Assembly: GCA_022750115.1 (NCBI GenBank)
Contig: JAKIWI010000001.1
Span: forward strand, 83,490 to 147,489
Source of the DNA: Thermoplasmata archaeon
Lineage (GTDB): Archaea; Thermoplasmatota; Thermoplasmata; Lutacidiplasmatales; UBA184
Reading direction: 5' to 3'
Length of the DNA stretch: 64,000 nt
The notes under the pieces are model-generated. The model searched no databases and was not told where the DNA came from. It worked only from the letters and a program-made list of their open reading frames with translations. Every line of letters begins with the position of its first letter. The first letter of the stretch is position 1. A program made the position numbers and the translations under genes. Of this stretch, positions 26,593-35,409 are shown piece after piece.

Positions 26593-26912
26593 GGCTGGCG
26601 CGAGCTATGCAAAATCATCATACTTATAGTATGGGCCGGCCGCGCGACGAGAACGGGTTCTCGCGATTCGATCGGAGCTTCCCGGCGTTGTCGAACAAAT
26701 TTTCCGGACGCTTCGCGCGCGAAAATCGTTCGCGAGCTGCGTATAACCGGCCCGTTTTTTCGCGCGCGGAGTCGGTCCCAACTGCGGCCCGGGTGCGACG
26801 CGCATCCATACGTGTGTTGGCGCCGCTAGGGTCGCTCCGACGAGCCGCGCGGAGAACGTTCAAATACGCGACCCCGCCAGTACTACGACGGGCCCCCTGC
26901 CCTGAGAGGTTT

Positions 26913-29135
26913 GTGACCGCAGTTGCTCCCCGAGGCCGCCGCATCCGATCGTCTCGATTTCGCCGCTCGGGCGCCCACCGCAACCAGCGGGGAGTGTCCG
27001 ACGTGGTCGCCACGATCCTGCTCCTCGCGCTCACGGTGACGCTGTTCGCCTCGGTGTTCTTCTTCATCAACACTTTCCCGCACCCGCCGGCACAGCCGGC
27101 CAACCAGTTCTCGGCGTCGCTCGCTTACAACGGCGCGAACATCATCTCGGTTCACGTCCTCCACCTCGCCGGCCCGACCATCGCTGGTGTCTCGACGACT
27201 CAGACCGCGATCTACCTCCAGTCCGCCGCCAAGCCGGCGTTGTTCGCCACTCCGTTCACCATCGCCCAGGGCCTGAACGGCTCGTCGGTCTGGTCGCTCG
27301 GCCAGACCTGGACCCTCAACCTGACGTCGTACGGCTTGACGGTCGGCGACAACCTGACGATCTCCATCATCACGCAGTCGCAGCTGCTGTTCCGCATCAC
27401 CCTCCCCGGCTCGAACCCGAACATGCCGCCGATCTTCTCGCAGGCGGGCATCAACCCGGCGAGCCCCGGCCCCAACCAGGCGTTCACGGTGTTCGTCGGC
27501 ATCACCGACAACAACCTCCGGTTCAGCTCGGTGTTCGTGAACCTCTCCCAGATCCCTGGAGTTGTGGGGAGCGGCCTCCACCAGATGGCCCTGCTCGCGA
27601 CGTCCGGCCTGTGGATCTACACGCTCGCCGCCGGTTCGATCTCGACCGGCACCTACTACGTGTTCGTGAACGCGACCGACAACTCGAGCCTGCACAACTC
27701 GATCGCGATCCCCGTCTTCATCTCGAACACCGGCGGCGGCTCCTCCGCGCTCCAGGTCCAGGTCGGCGCGAACAACACGGCGCCCGTCGCGGGACTGCCC
27801 GTCTTGCTCCAAGCCGAAGTCACCAACACGGGCGGCTCGGCCGCGACCGTCGTCGTTCAGTTCTACGTTGGCGGCAACACCGTCGGCGGCCCGCAATCGC
27901 AGGCGATCCTGGGCGGCGGCACCGCGCTCTACACGCAGGCGTGGACTCCGGCGGCCGTCGGAACGTCCTCGGTCCAGGCGCTTGCCACGATGACCGGCTC
28001 CTCGGCGGAGAGCGGGATCTCGATTACGGTCTTCCCGAAGATCCTGTTCATCGCCCACGCCTACCCGGCGGCCTCGTTCCCCGCGTCGAACACGAGCGCG
28101 AACATCGCCCAGATGCTCACCGCCGACGGGGTCCCGTACACCGCGATGTCCGTCGCCTGCGGTTCGACCCTCCCGGCCACGGCGACGCTGAGGTTGTACG
28201 GCGTCGTGATCATCGATTTCGGGAGCGCGACGGGCCTCGCCTGCGCCCAAGTCCCGCCCGGCGCCGCGGAACAGACGAAGATCACCGGCGCCGCCACGAC
28301 GACCAACTTCTGGTTGATCGGCTCGAACGCGTTCACCGCGACGGCGTGCACGAGCTACTCCGCGGCGTTCCAGACCCAATTCGGCCTGGCGACCTCGGGG
28401 ACTTGCACGACCTCGAAGTCGGCGAGCACGTCGCTCACCTACACCTCGTCCGCGACGTCCCCCGCGCTGCGGTCCGACGGGATCACCGCGGGGACACTCT
28501 CCCTCAACCAGACGTACGCGGCCTCGGCGGCGTTCCAGCCGTACTTCGCGCTGACCCTCCAAGCCTCCGGCCACGCCTGGCTGAAGGACTCCGGAGCGCT
28601 GACCGTAGGCGCGTACACGAACGCCTCGACCGACCATCAGCAGCTGATCCTCGCCACCGACCCGACGCTGATCGCGACCAAGACCCCGAACAACCAGGCG
28701 TGGGGTACGGGGACGGGCGCCGACGCGGCCGTGCTCTACAACGGCGTCAACTTCCTTTGCGGGCTGTCCACCACGACGAACGCCGGCCGTGGTCTCCTCG
28801 ACCAAGGCGTCGCCGGCGTCGTGACGATCGGCTTGAAGCACAACCTCCCCACGCAGTTCTACGTGGCGGTCCGGACGAATGGACCGTCGGGCGGGGGCGT
28901 CTTCGCGACCCTGTACGTCGGCGGCTCGCCGGCGTACTATCTCGGGTCCCTCGTCACGGGGCTCGGCACGCCCGGCGGCGCCGGCGCGTGGACGTGGATC
29001 GCATTCAACTGGAGCGCGCCGGCCGCGGGCAACTTCGTGCTGTCGGTGGGGATCACGACGGAGAACCCTGACTACTATGCGGCGAACAACCTGATCGCGA
29101 TCTCGTTCTACAACACCGCGACCGTGTTCACGTAG
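26913..29135 (+). CDS. large secreted pilin-like surface protein with archaeal class III (type IV prepilin-like) signal peptide
   Basis: The start upstream of the hydrophobic helix is uncertain. A GTG at 26913 would give a basic 27 aa leader (VTAVAPRGRRIRSSRFRRSGAHRNQRG) before the predicted cleavage site G|VSDVVATILLLALTVTLFASVFFFINTF. About 700 aa follow, beta-rich with dense NxS/T sequons. The upstream 125 codons of the ORF are probably non-coding. Confidence 0.55.
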   Translation: MTAVAPRGRRIRSSRFRRSGAHRNQRGVSDVVATILLLALTVTLFASVFFFINTFPHPPAQPANQFSASLAYNGANIISVHVLHLAGPTIAGVSTTQTAIYLQSAAKPALFATPFTIAQGLNGSSVWSLGQTWTLNLTSYGLTVGDNLTISIITQSQLLFRITLPGSNPNMPPIFSQAGINPASPGPNQAFTVFVGITDNNLRFSSVFVNLSQIPGVVGSGLHQMALLATSGLWIYTLAAGSISTGTYYVFVNATDNSSLHNSIAIPVFISNTGGGSSALQVQVGANNTAPVAGLPVLLQAEVTNTGGSAATVVVQFYVGGNTVGGPQSQAILGGGTALYTQAWTPAAVGTSSVQALATMTGSSAESGISITVFPKILFIAHAYPAASFPASNTSANIAQMLTADGVPYTAMSVACGSTLPATATLRLYGVVIIDFGSATGLACAQVPPGAAEQTKITGAATTTNFWLIGSNAFTATACTSYSAAFQTQFGLATSGTCTTSKSASTSLTYTSSATSPALRSDGITAGTLSLNQTYAASAAFQPYFALTLQASGHAWLKDSGALTVGAYTNASTDHQQLILATDPTLIATKTPNNQAWGTGTGADAAVLYNGVNFLCGLSTTTNAGRGLLDQGVAGVVTIGLKHNLPTQFYVAVRTNGPSGGGVFATLYVGGSPAYYLGSLVTGLGTPGGAGAWTWIAFNWSAPAAGNFVLSVGITTENPDYYAANNLIAISFYNTATVFT

Positions 29136-29219
29136 CGACCGGCGCCTCGCCGTCGCGACGCGGCTCCCGCGGCCCGCCCGGGCGCACCGTTACAAGCCGA
29201 AAGGGCCTCCCGGCCCGCG

Positions 29220-31841
29220 GTGTCGCGCCACGCCCTGGTCTTCCTCGCGGTCGTCCTCGTCGCGCTCCCGACGCTCACCACCTCCGGATGGGACCAGCGG
29301 CTCTCCGGGGCCTTCCCATCGCCTTCGGAATCGGTGGGGCATGACCGCGCGCTCTCCGCCCGACCTGCGGCTTCGAGCTCGCTCGGCGGGAACTGGTCGA
29401 CGTACCTGCAAAACCCGGGACGGACGGCCGCCAACCTCGCCGAACGCACCCTGAGCCCATCGAACGCCTCGCGGCTCGCCATCGAATGGAGGATCAAGTC
29501 GAACGGTTCGGACTTCGGCTCCCCGACGATCGTCAACGGCACCGTCTATGCCGGCTCGTGGGACGGAAGCGAGTACGCGATGAACGCGACGACCGGCCAC
29601 ATCCTCTGGAAGACGTTCCTCAGCACCGACCCGAACTGCAGCTGGGGGGACCCGATGGGCATCGACGGGAGCGCGGCGGTGTGGAACGGCACGGTGTTCG
29701 TCGGGGGCGGGAACGACTACTGGTACGCCCTCAACGCGACCAACGGCGCGGTCGATTGGAAGGTGAAGGTCACCGACACGACGTCCGCCGGTGGCGGGTT
29801 CAATTGGGCGAGCCCGCTCCTCTACCACGGTTACGAGTACATCGGCATCGCGAGCTGCATCGATAGCCCCCTCGTCCAGGGCCGCATGCTGATGGTGAAC
29901 CTCACTGGGAACCACTCGATCGTCCACCGGTTCAACTTCACGCCCGGCGGCGAGTTGGGAGCGACGATCTGGACGACACCCGCCGTGGACACGGCGACGA
30001 ACACTGTCTGGGTGGCGACGGGCAACGACGACGGAGTCCACTCGCAGCCGCTTTCCCAGTCGATCGTGGCGCTGAACGCGACCAACCTGAGCCTGTTGGG
30101 TTCTTGGATGGTTCCCGGCGTAAACGGAACGGATTCGGACTTCGGCGGCGGCGTGATCCTGTTCCACGACGCTTCCGGCCGAGAGCTCGTGGGGGCGGAG
30201 AACAAGAACGGCGTCTTCTACGCGCTCAACCGGTCGAACGTCACGTCGAACGGCTCGTGGGGACCGGTGTGGAACATCCCGACCGCGAGCGGCTTCTCTC
30301 CGGCCTCGTTCGATGGGACGACGCTCTACCTCGGCGGCGCCGGGGCCACGTTGAACGGCACGTCCTACGCGGGAACGGTCGAGGCGATCGACCCATCGGA
30401 CGGGTCGGTGAAGTGGACGCAGGGAACGGGAGGTCCGATCGACGCGGGTCTCGCGTACGCGAACGGCCTCGTCGCGGAGGGTTCAGGAGGCACCCTCGAG
30501 GTCATGAACGCCTCTTCGGGGGGGATTCTCTCCACCCTCGCGGTCCCCTCGGGCCAGTCCATCGAGGGCGCCGCGAGCATCGAGAACGGCCAGGTGTTCT
30601 TCGAGTCGGGCGATTTCTCGAGCCACGGGACGTTCCTCGCCGCGGGCATCCCGCTGGCGTCCGCGTCCCTCGTCGCCCAACCGCCGAATGGGAGCGCTCC
30701 CCTCAACATCTCCTTCGTCGGCGTCGTCGCAGGAGGGCTTCCGCCCTACAATTTCAGCTGGTCGTTCGGCGATGGCCAGACGGGATACGGGGCGGCTCCG
30801 GTCCACGCGTACCCCGCCATGGGGAGCTACAACGTCTCGGTCGTGGTACGGGATATGCGGAACGCGACCCAGACGGCGAACTCCAATGTGATCGTGACCC
30901 CCCCGCTTTCGGCGTCGTCCGCAGCAGTCCCCTCGATAGGGCCCGCACCCCTTACCGTGACGTTCACGGGGACGGCGGCGAACGGAGCCGGCGGCCCCTA
31001 CCGGTACACCTGGTCGTTCTCCGACCAGGGCGCGACGGCCACCGGGAGCGTGGTCACCCACACGTTCCACTCCGCGGGGACCTACTCCGTCGTCCTGACC
31101 GTGCACGACCTCTCGAACGGCACGATCACGAGCTCGGTCCAGGTCGTGGCGACCTCGGCGTTCCTCGCGAGCGCCCTCGCCACACCGACGACCGGCACGG
31201 TCCCCCTCCAGGTCGCTTTTCAAGCGCTCGGCAGCTTCGGCCAGGCGCCGTACCAGTTCCAGTGGGCGTTCGGAGACGGCAGCGCGAACTCCACCGGCCG
31301 GTTCGCGAACCACACCTACCTGAGCACGGGGTCGTTCAATGCCACGCTCCAGGCGAGCGATGCGCTCGGGACCGAGCACAACCTCAGCGTCCCGATCGTC
31401 GTGACCGCGGTTCCCCCGGCGCTCTTCACGTCGTACACGGAGGTGAACTCCTCGATCACCACGTGTCCGGGCCCGTCGTTCACGGTGCATCTCGTGGCGG
31501 TCTCGAGCGGCGGCACTCCGCCGTATGTCGACACCTGGACGTTCGGGGACAGCTCCCCACTCCAGCGGGGTGGGACGGCGAACCACACCTACACCAGCGC
31601 CGGCACCTTCGAGCTCACGCTGACCACGAACGACTCGGCCGGAGGCTCCACGACGGCGTCCGGCGTGGTCACGGTCCAGCTGGCGACGTGTCCGGTCGGG
31701 ACACACCCGCTCCCGCACTCCACGCCCCAGGGCGGGCTCCTCGCCTGGCAGTATGCGCTCGCGGGCGGCCTCGCCGTCGTCGTCCTCGCCGCGGCGGTCG
31801 TCGTCCTGTGGCGACGGCGCCGCGCGCCGCCGCCGAGCTAG
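29220..31841 (+). CDS. secreted PQQ-like beta-propeller protein with four PKD domains and C-terminal TM anchor
   Basis: Signal peptide present. PQQ-type repeats occur (..TIVNGTVYAGSWDGSEYAMNATTGHILWK..). Four PKD-like repeats each carry a WSFGDG/WTFGD core. C-terminal TM helix plus RRRR stop-transfer. Very dense N-glycosylation sequons. Confidence 0.7.
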   Translation: MSRHALVFLAVVLVALPTLTTSGWDQRLSGAFPSPSESVGHDRALSARPAASSSLGGNWSTYLQNPGRTAANLAERTLSPSNASRLAIEWRIKSNGSDFGSPTIVNGTVYAGSWDGSEYAMNATTGHILWKTFLSTDPNCSWGDPMGIDGSAAVWNGTVFVGGGNDYWYALNATNGAVDWKVKVTDTTSAGGGFNWASPLLYHGYEYIGIASCIDSPLVQGRMLMVNLTGNHSIVHRFNFTPGGELGATIWTTPAVDTATNTVWVATGNDDGVHSQPLSQSIVALNATNLSLLGSWMVPGVNGTDSDFGGGVILFHDASGRELVGAENKNGVFYALNRSNVTSNGSWGPVWNIPTASGFSPASFDGTTLYLGGAGATLNGTSYAGTVEAIDPSDGSVKWTQGTGGPIDAGLAYANGLVAEGSGGTLEVMNASSGGILSTLAVPSGQSIEGAASIENGQVFFESGDFSSHGTFLAAGIPLASASLVAQPPNGSAPLNISFVGVVAGGLPPYNFSWSFGDGQTGYGAAPVHAYPAMGSYNVSVVVRDMRNATQTANSNVIVTPPLSASSAAVPSIGPAPLTVTFTGTAANGAGGPYRYTWSFSDQGATATGSVVTHTFHSAGTYSVVLTVHDLSNGTITSSVQVVATSAFLASALATPTTGTVPLQVAFQALGSFGQAPYQFQWAFGDGSANSTGRFANHTYLSTGSFNATLQASDALGTEHNLSVPIVVTAVPPALFTSYTEVNSSITTCPGPSFTVHLVAVSSGGTPPYVDTWTFGDSSPLQRGGTANHTYTSAGTFELTLTTNDSAGGSTTASGVVTVQLATCPVGTHPLPHSTPQGGLLAWQYALAGGLAVVVLAAAVVVLWRRRRAPPPS

Positions 31842-31849
31842 GCGCGCGC

Positions 31850-34162
31850 CTACCGGTCCATCCGACGGACCACGACGATGGCGACCGCGATCATCGCGGC
31901 GCCCCCGAGGACCGCGAGCGCCACGACGGCCGTGTCCGCGCCGATCGAGCTCGACGAGCCGCCGTTGGTGCTCGGGTGGGTCGTCTCGTTGTTGCTCGCG
32001 GCGGCCGCACTGACGGAGACGTGGAACTGCTGGCTCACGGAGATCCCGCGGTGGTCGACGACGGTGAACGTCGCATCGTACGAACCGGCGGACGCGTAGG
32101 CGTGGGTCGCGTCGATGGTCGCCGCGGCGTGCTGGTCCCCGAAGTCCCAGACCGAGGTGTACGGAGCCTCGCCGCCATTGACGGTTCCCGAGAACGAGAC
32201 GCTCGAGTTCGCGACGGCGGTCGGCGGGGCCGTCCCGCTCGCGCTCAGGCCCGGCCCGACGGTGATGTTGACCCAGGAGGTGTGCAGGATCCCGCGCGCG
32301 TCGGTGACGGTGAAGGTCGTGGTGAGCGCGCCGGGGATCGTGAACGTGTGGTTCACGGCCGTTCCGGTCGCGGTCGACCCGTCGCCGAACGCCCACGCCG
32401 TCGTGTACGGCAGCACGCCGCCGGACATCGATGAACTGAACCAGACCTGGAGCGGGGCCGCTCCGTCGGTGGCCGACGCCACGACGCCGCTCCCCAGAGG
32501 CGCGATGACCAGAGGCTCCGCCACGATCGTGAACGTGTCGTTCCAGCTCGCCCCGGCCGAGTCCGTGACGTTCACGGTGGCGGTGAACGTTCCGGACGCC
32601 CCGTAGACGAACGACGTCGTGTCCGACGTGCTGGTGTTCGTCCCGGCGCCGGCCGACCACAGGACGTCGTAGGGCGCGCTGCCGCCCGACGCGGCGAAGG
32701 AGCATTGGACCGTGAGCGGCACGACCCCGGTCGTCGGGAACGCCTGCGCCGACGCCGTCAAGGGCGCGATCACGCGGACGAAGAACGACGTGCTGGCGGA
32801 GCTACCGTTCGCATCGTTCGCCCAGACCGTCGCCATGTAGCGTCCGGGAGTCCCGTAGAAGTTGCTGGTCGCGGGCTCGGTCGAGGAGTTGCCGTCGCCG
32901 AACTCCCACAGGTAGCTGATGGTGCCGCTTCCGCCGACCGCGGTGGCGTCAAACCCGACCCGGATCGACCCGGTGGAGTACGACGCCGTGTCGTTCGCCG
33001 TGAGGTTGACCCCCGCATACACCCAGGTGTCGGTGAGGTCGCCGAGCGCGCCAGATCCTCCCCAGAGAATGACCTGTGCGGCGGACGGGTCGTAGGCCAT
33101 CTCGCCGAAGAATCGGGGGAGCGGTGCGTCGTTCGGGTGGCTGGGGGTCCACTGGTCGCCGGAGAACAGCCAGGTGTCCCCGAACGTCTGGGCGCCGCTT
33201 CCTCCGAACAGAACCAGGGAGGAGATGGCCACGTCATAGGAGAAGCTCGCCATCGACCGAGCGCTCGGGTGAACCGATTCGGTGAGCTGGGTCCAGTTGT
33301 TGGCGTGGAACGCCCAGGTGTCGGAGTCGGTCCCGGCGGCGTAGTCGTCGCCGCCGAACAGGATGACTTGGTTGTCCGCCGCATCGTAGCGGAGCGCGAC
33401 GTTCTCCCGGGCCGACGGAGCGGAGCTGAGGCTGACCTGGGTCCAGTTCCCGCCAACGAACGTCCACGTGTCGCCAATGGCGCTCCCGGCGCAGCCACCG
33501 AAGAGGACCATCTCGTTGTCGGCCCCGTCCCAGGTCATCGCCGACGCCCAGCGGGCCGACGGATGGGTCGAGGGGGTGAGTTGCGTCCAATTGCCGTGGA
33601 GGAACGTCCAGGTGTCGCCGTAGTCGCCGCCGTTGCCCGAGCCGCCGAACAGCAGGACGTAGCCGTCGATCGGGTCCCAGGCGAGCGTGGAGTGGTCGCG
33701 AGCGGTCGGGGAGGCCTTCGGGTGGATCTGGGTCCAGCTCCCGTTCGCGTAGGTCCACGTGTCGCCGAGGTAGCCGCCTCCCGACCCGTAGCCGCCGAAC
33801 ATGAGCAGGTAGTGGTCGATGGGGTCGTAGGCGAACGAGCGGCCGTAACTTCGCGGAGCGGGGGACTTCCCCGAGGTGTTCGTCACGTTGTCCCACCCGG
33901 GAACGCCGGTGGCGGTCGCGTTTTGGCCCGGGCCGATCGCGCCCGTGGCGGAGCGGAGCGAAGCATGGGAGATCGCGGGGGACGGAGCAGCGAGGGCCGA
34001 GGCCGCCGCCAGTCGGGCGGGGGCCCCCGTCACGATGGAGTGAGCTGCCGAGTGGGGGATGGGCGCGAACGCCGAGGCCCCGAGCAGCGTGCCGAGCGCG
34101 AGGAGGACAAGAACCGAGGTCGACCAGGCAAGAGTTCGTCGGCCAAAGATCGATGTCGTCAC
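31850..34162 (-). CDS. secreted Kelch-repeat beta-propeller protein with PKD domains and C-terminal TM anchor
   Basis: Signal peptide present. Five or six Kelch-like repeats (..LFGGxGxxxxxGDTWTF..NWTQ..). Four PKD-like repeats (..WEFGDGN.., ..WAFGDGS.., ..WDFGDQ..). C-terminal TM helix. Confidence 0.7.
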   Translation of the reverse strand: MTTSIFGRRTLAWSTSVLVLLALGTLLGASAFAPIPHSAAHSIVTGAPARLAAASALAAPSPAISHASLRSATGAIGPGQNATATGVPGWDNVTNTSGKSPAPRSYGRSFAYDPIDHYLLMFGGYGSGGGYLGDTWTYANGSWTQIHPKASPTARDHSTLAWDPIDGYVLLFGGSGNGGDYGDTWTFLHGNWTQLTPSTHPSARWASAMTWDGADNEMVLFGGCAGSAIGDTWTFVGGNWTQVSLSSAPSARENVALRYDAADNQVILFGGDDYAAGTDSDTWAFHANNWTQLTESVHPSARSMASFSYDVAISSLVLFGGSGAQTFGDTWLFSGDQWTPSHPNDAPLPRFFGEMAYDPSAAQVILWGGSGALGDLTDTWVYAGVNLTANDTASYSTGSIRVGFDATAVGGSGTISYLWEFGDGNSSTEPATSNFYGTPGRYMATVWANDANGSSASTSFFVRVIAPLTASAQAFPTTGVVPLTVQCSFAASGGSAPYDVLWSAGAGTNTSTSDTTSFVYGASGTFTATVNVTDSAGASWNDTFTIVAEPLVIAPLGSGVVASATDGAAPLQVWFSSSMSGGVLPYTTAWAFGDGSTATGTAVNHTFTIPGALTTTFTVTDARGILHTSWVNITVGPGLSASGTAPPTAVANSSVSFSGTVNGGEAPYTSVWDFGDQHAAATIDATHAYASAGSYDATFTVVDHRGISVSQQFHVSVSAAAASNNETTHPSTNGGSSSSIGADTAVVALAVLGGAAMIAVAIVVVRRMDR

Positions 34163-34259
34163 GGCTACTCCCCGTTCGGCGATGCCGCGGGGGTAGTTCC
34201 GTCTTTGGACCGCCCACCGAGCCGGTCGGCGTCGTCCGGACGAACCGGGCGAGCCCCGG

Positions 34260-35354
34260 TCAGCTCCCGCCGGACTTCAGGGGGGTGCCGGCGCCGGGGC
34301 TCAGCGGAGCTCCGCACTTCCAGCAGTTCTTCTCATCCGGGTACACGACAGCGCCGCACTTGGGACAACTCGACTCGGCCCGACGGGCCGCTCCGGTTAC
34401 GGCGGGCGAGGCGCTCGGCGGGGGAGTCCCCCCGGTCGAGCTCGGCGGGGCTCCGGTCGTCGGAGGGATCATCTCCGCGTCCGAGGCGGCCCGCTGCGCT
34501 TTGCGACGCGCTTCGCGGCTCTTCAGGAATACGTAGACGAGGAGGGCGAGGAAGAAAACGATCCCCGGATAGAACAGGATGTCGATGGCGGTCTGGGGCA
34601 GCAGGAGCTGGTACGTCGTCGCCCACGTGCCGGTGATCGGGCCCTGCACCGCCCCGTAGGCGTTCGGGACGGCGAGGAAGATCCACTGGTAGGTCGTGTT
34701 CGTCTTGTTGGCGCTCGCGTTGAACGTCGTCGCGCGCGCGAGGAGCCCCATCTGCCACCACCAGATGTTCGGGCCAGGGAGGTTCACGTGGAACGTCACG
34801 GGCGTCGGGGACGCGCTCACCGTCGTGACGTTCTGACCGACCGGGTAGAACGGGTAGCCGGAGCCGCAGAACGGAGAGGAGTTCCCCGTCGCGCCTGGGC
34901 AGGTACTGACGTAGACCCACAGTTGGTACGGCGTGTAGTTCGTCGGAAGTCGATTCGGATACAGGTCGACGGTGAACGCGAAAGCCGAGCCGCCGGCCCC
35001 GTTGTAGGGCGTGGCGGTGGCGTTGGTCAGAACCGGTGCACCGGTGGAGGTGTTGCCGTGATCCGTCGAGGAGTTCACGGCGGGGCTCGGCGTCATCGCC
35101 TCGGATGTGAGGCCGTAGTTGACGATCGGCGCCGCGAGGAGCAGCGCGGCGATACCCAGGATCGCGAGGTGCTTGGGGACCTTCCAGCCGAGGTAGATCG
35201 GAAGCCCGAGCCCGGCAAGGAGGAACGTCGGGATCGCGAAGTACGGCCCGAGGTAGAAGAACGACGCCGCGAGGGTCGCGAGGGCGATCAGGAACAGGAC
35301 GATCTTGCCGGCGCGGGTCTGCACCAGCGCCTTCAAGCTGACCGCTCGCGGCAC
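34260..35354 (-). CDS. membrane protein with extracytoplasmic sequon-rich domain and C-terminal cytoplasmic zinc ribbon
   Basis: Start reassigned to a GTG at 35354, which lies 26 nt downstream of a TATA box. Two N-terminal TM helices, an external domain, a C-terminal TM helix, then a CPKCGAVVYPDEKNCWKCGAPL zinc ribbon. Confidence 0.5.
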   Translation of the reverse strand: MPRAVSLKALVQTRAGKIVLFLIALATLAASFFYLGPYFAIPTFLLAGLGLPIYLGWKVPKHLAILGIAALLLAAPIVNYGLTSEAMTPSPAVNSSTDHGNTSTGAPVLTNATATPYNGAGGSAFAFTVDLYPNRLPTNYTPYQLWVYVSTCPGATGNSSPFCGSGYPFYPVGQNVTTVSASPTPVTFHVNLPGPNIWWWQMGLLARATTFNASANKTNTTYQWIFLAVPNAYGAVQGPITGTWATTYQLLLPQTAIDILFYPGIVFFLALLVYVFLKSREARRKAQRAASDAEMIPPTTGAPPSSTGGTPPPSASPAVTGAARRAESSCPKCGAVVYPDEKNCWKCGAPLSPGAGTPLKSGGS

Positions 35355-35380
35355 GGAACGGCCTCCGAGCGGGCCACGGC

Positions 35381-35390
35381 ATATAAGGGA
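35381..35390. promoter_or_regulatory. shared bidirectional TATA element (ATATAAGGGA / TCCCTTATAT)
   Basis: This is the only AT-rich element in the 56 bp gap between divergent genes. It lies 26-28 nt from the minus-strand GTG (35354) and 20-22 nt from the plus-strand TTG (35410). Confidence 0.4.
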
Positions 35391-35409
35391 ACCGCGAGTC
35401 GCCGGCTCG

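Noticed and set aside
26535-26912. N-terminal 126 codons of the 866 aa pilin-like ORF (MSWTGHRLRPNRV..)
   Set aside because: The region is Arg-rich and sits in an AT-containing intergenic promoter region. A class III signal peptide needs a short basic N-terminus, so the start was moved to a GTG at 26913.
29136-29219. Short GC hairpin (GGGCC-tccc-GGCCC) after the pilin-like gene as a possible terminator
   Set aside because: Archaeal terminators are usually T-rich tracts, and none follows the hairpin. GC hairpins occur by chance at this GC content.
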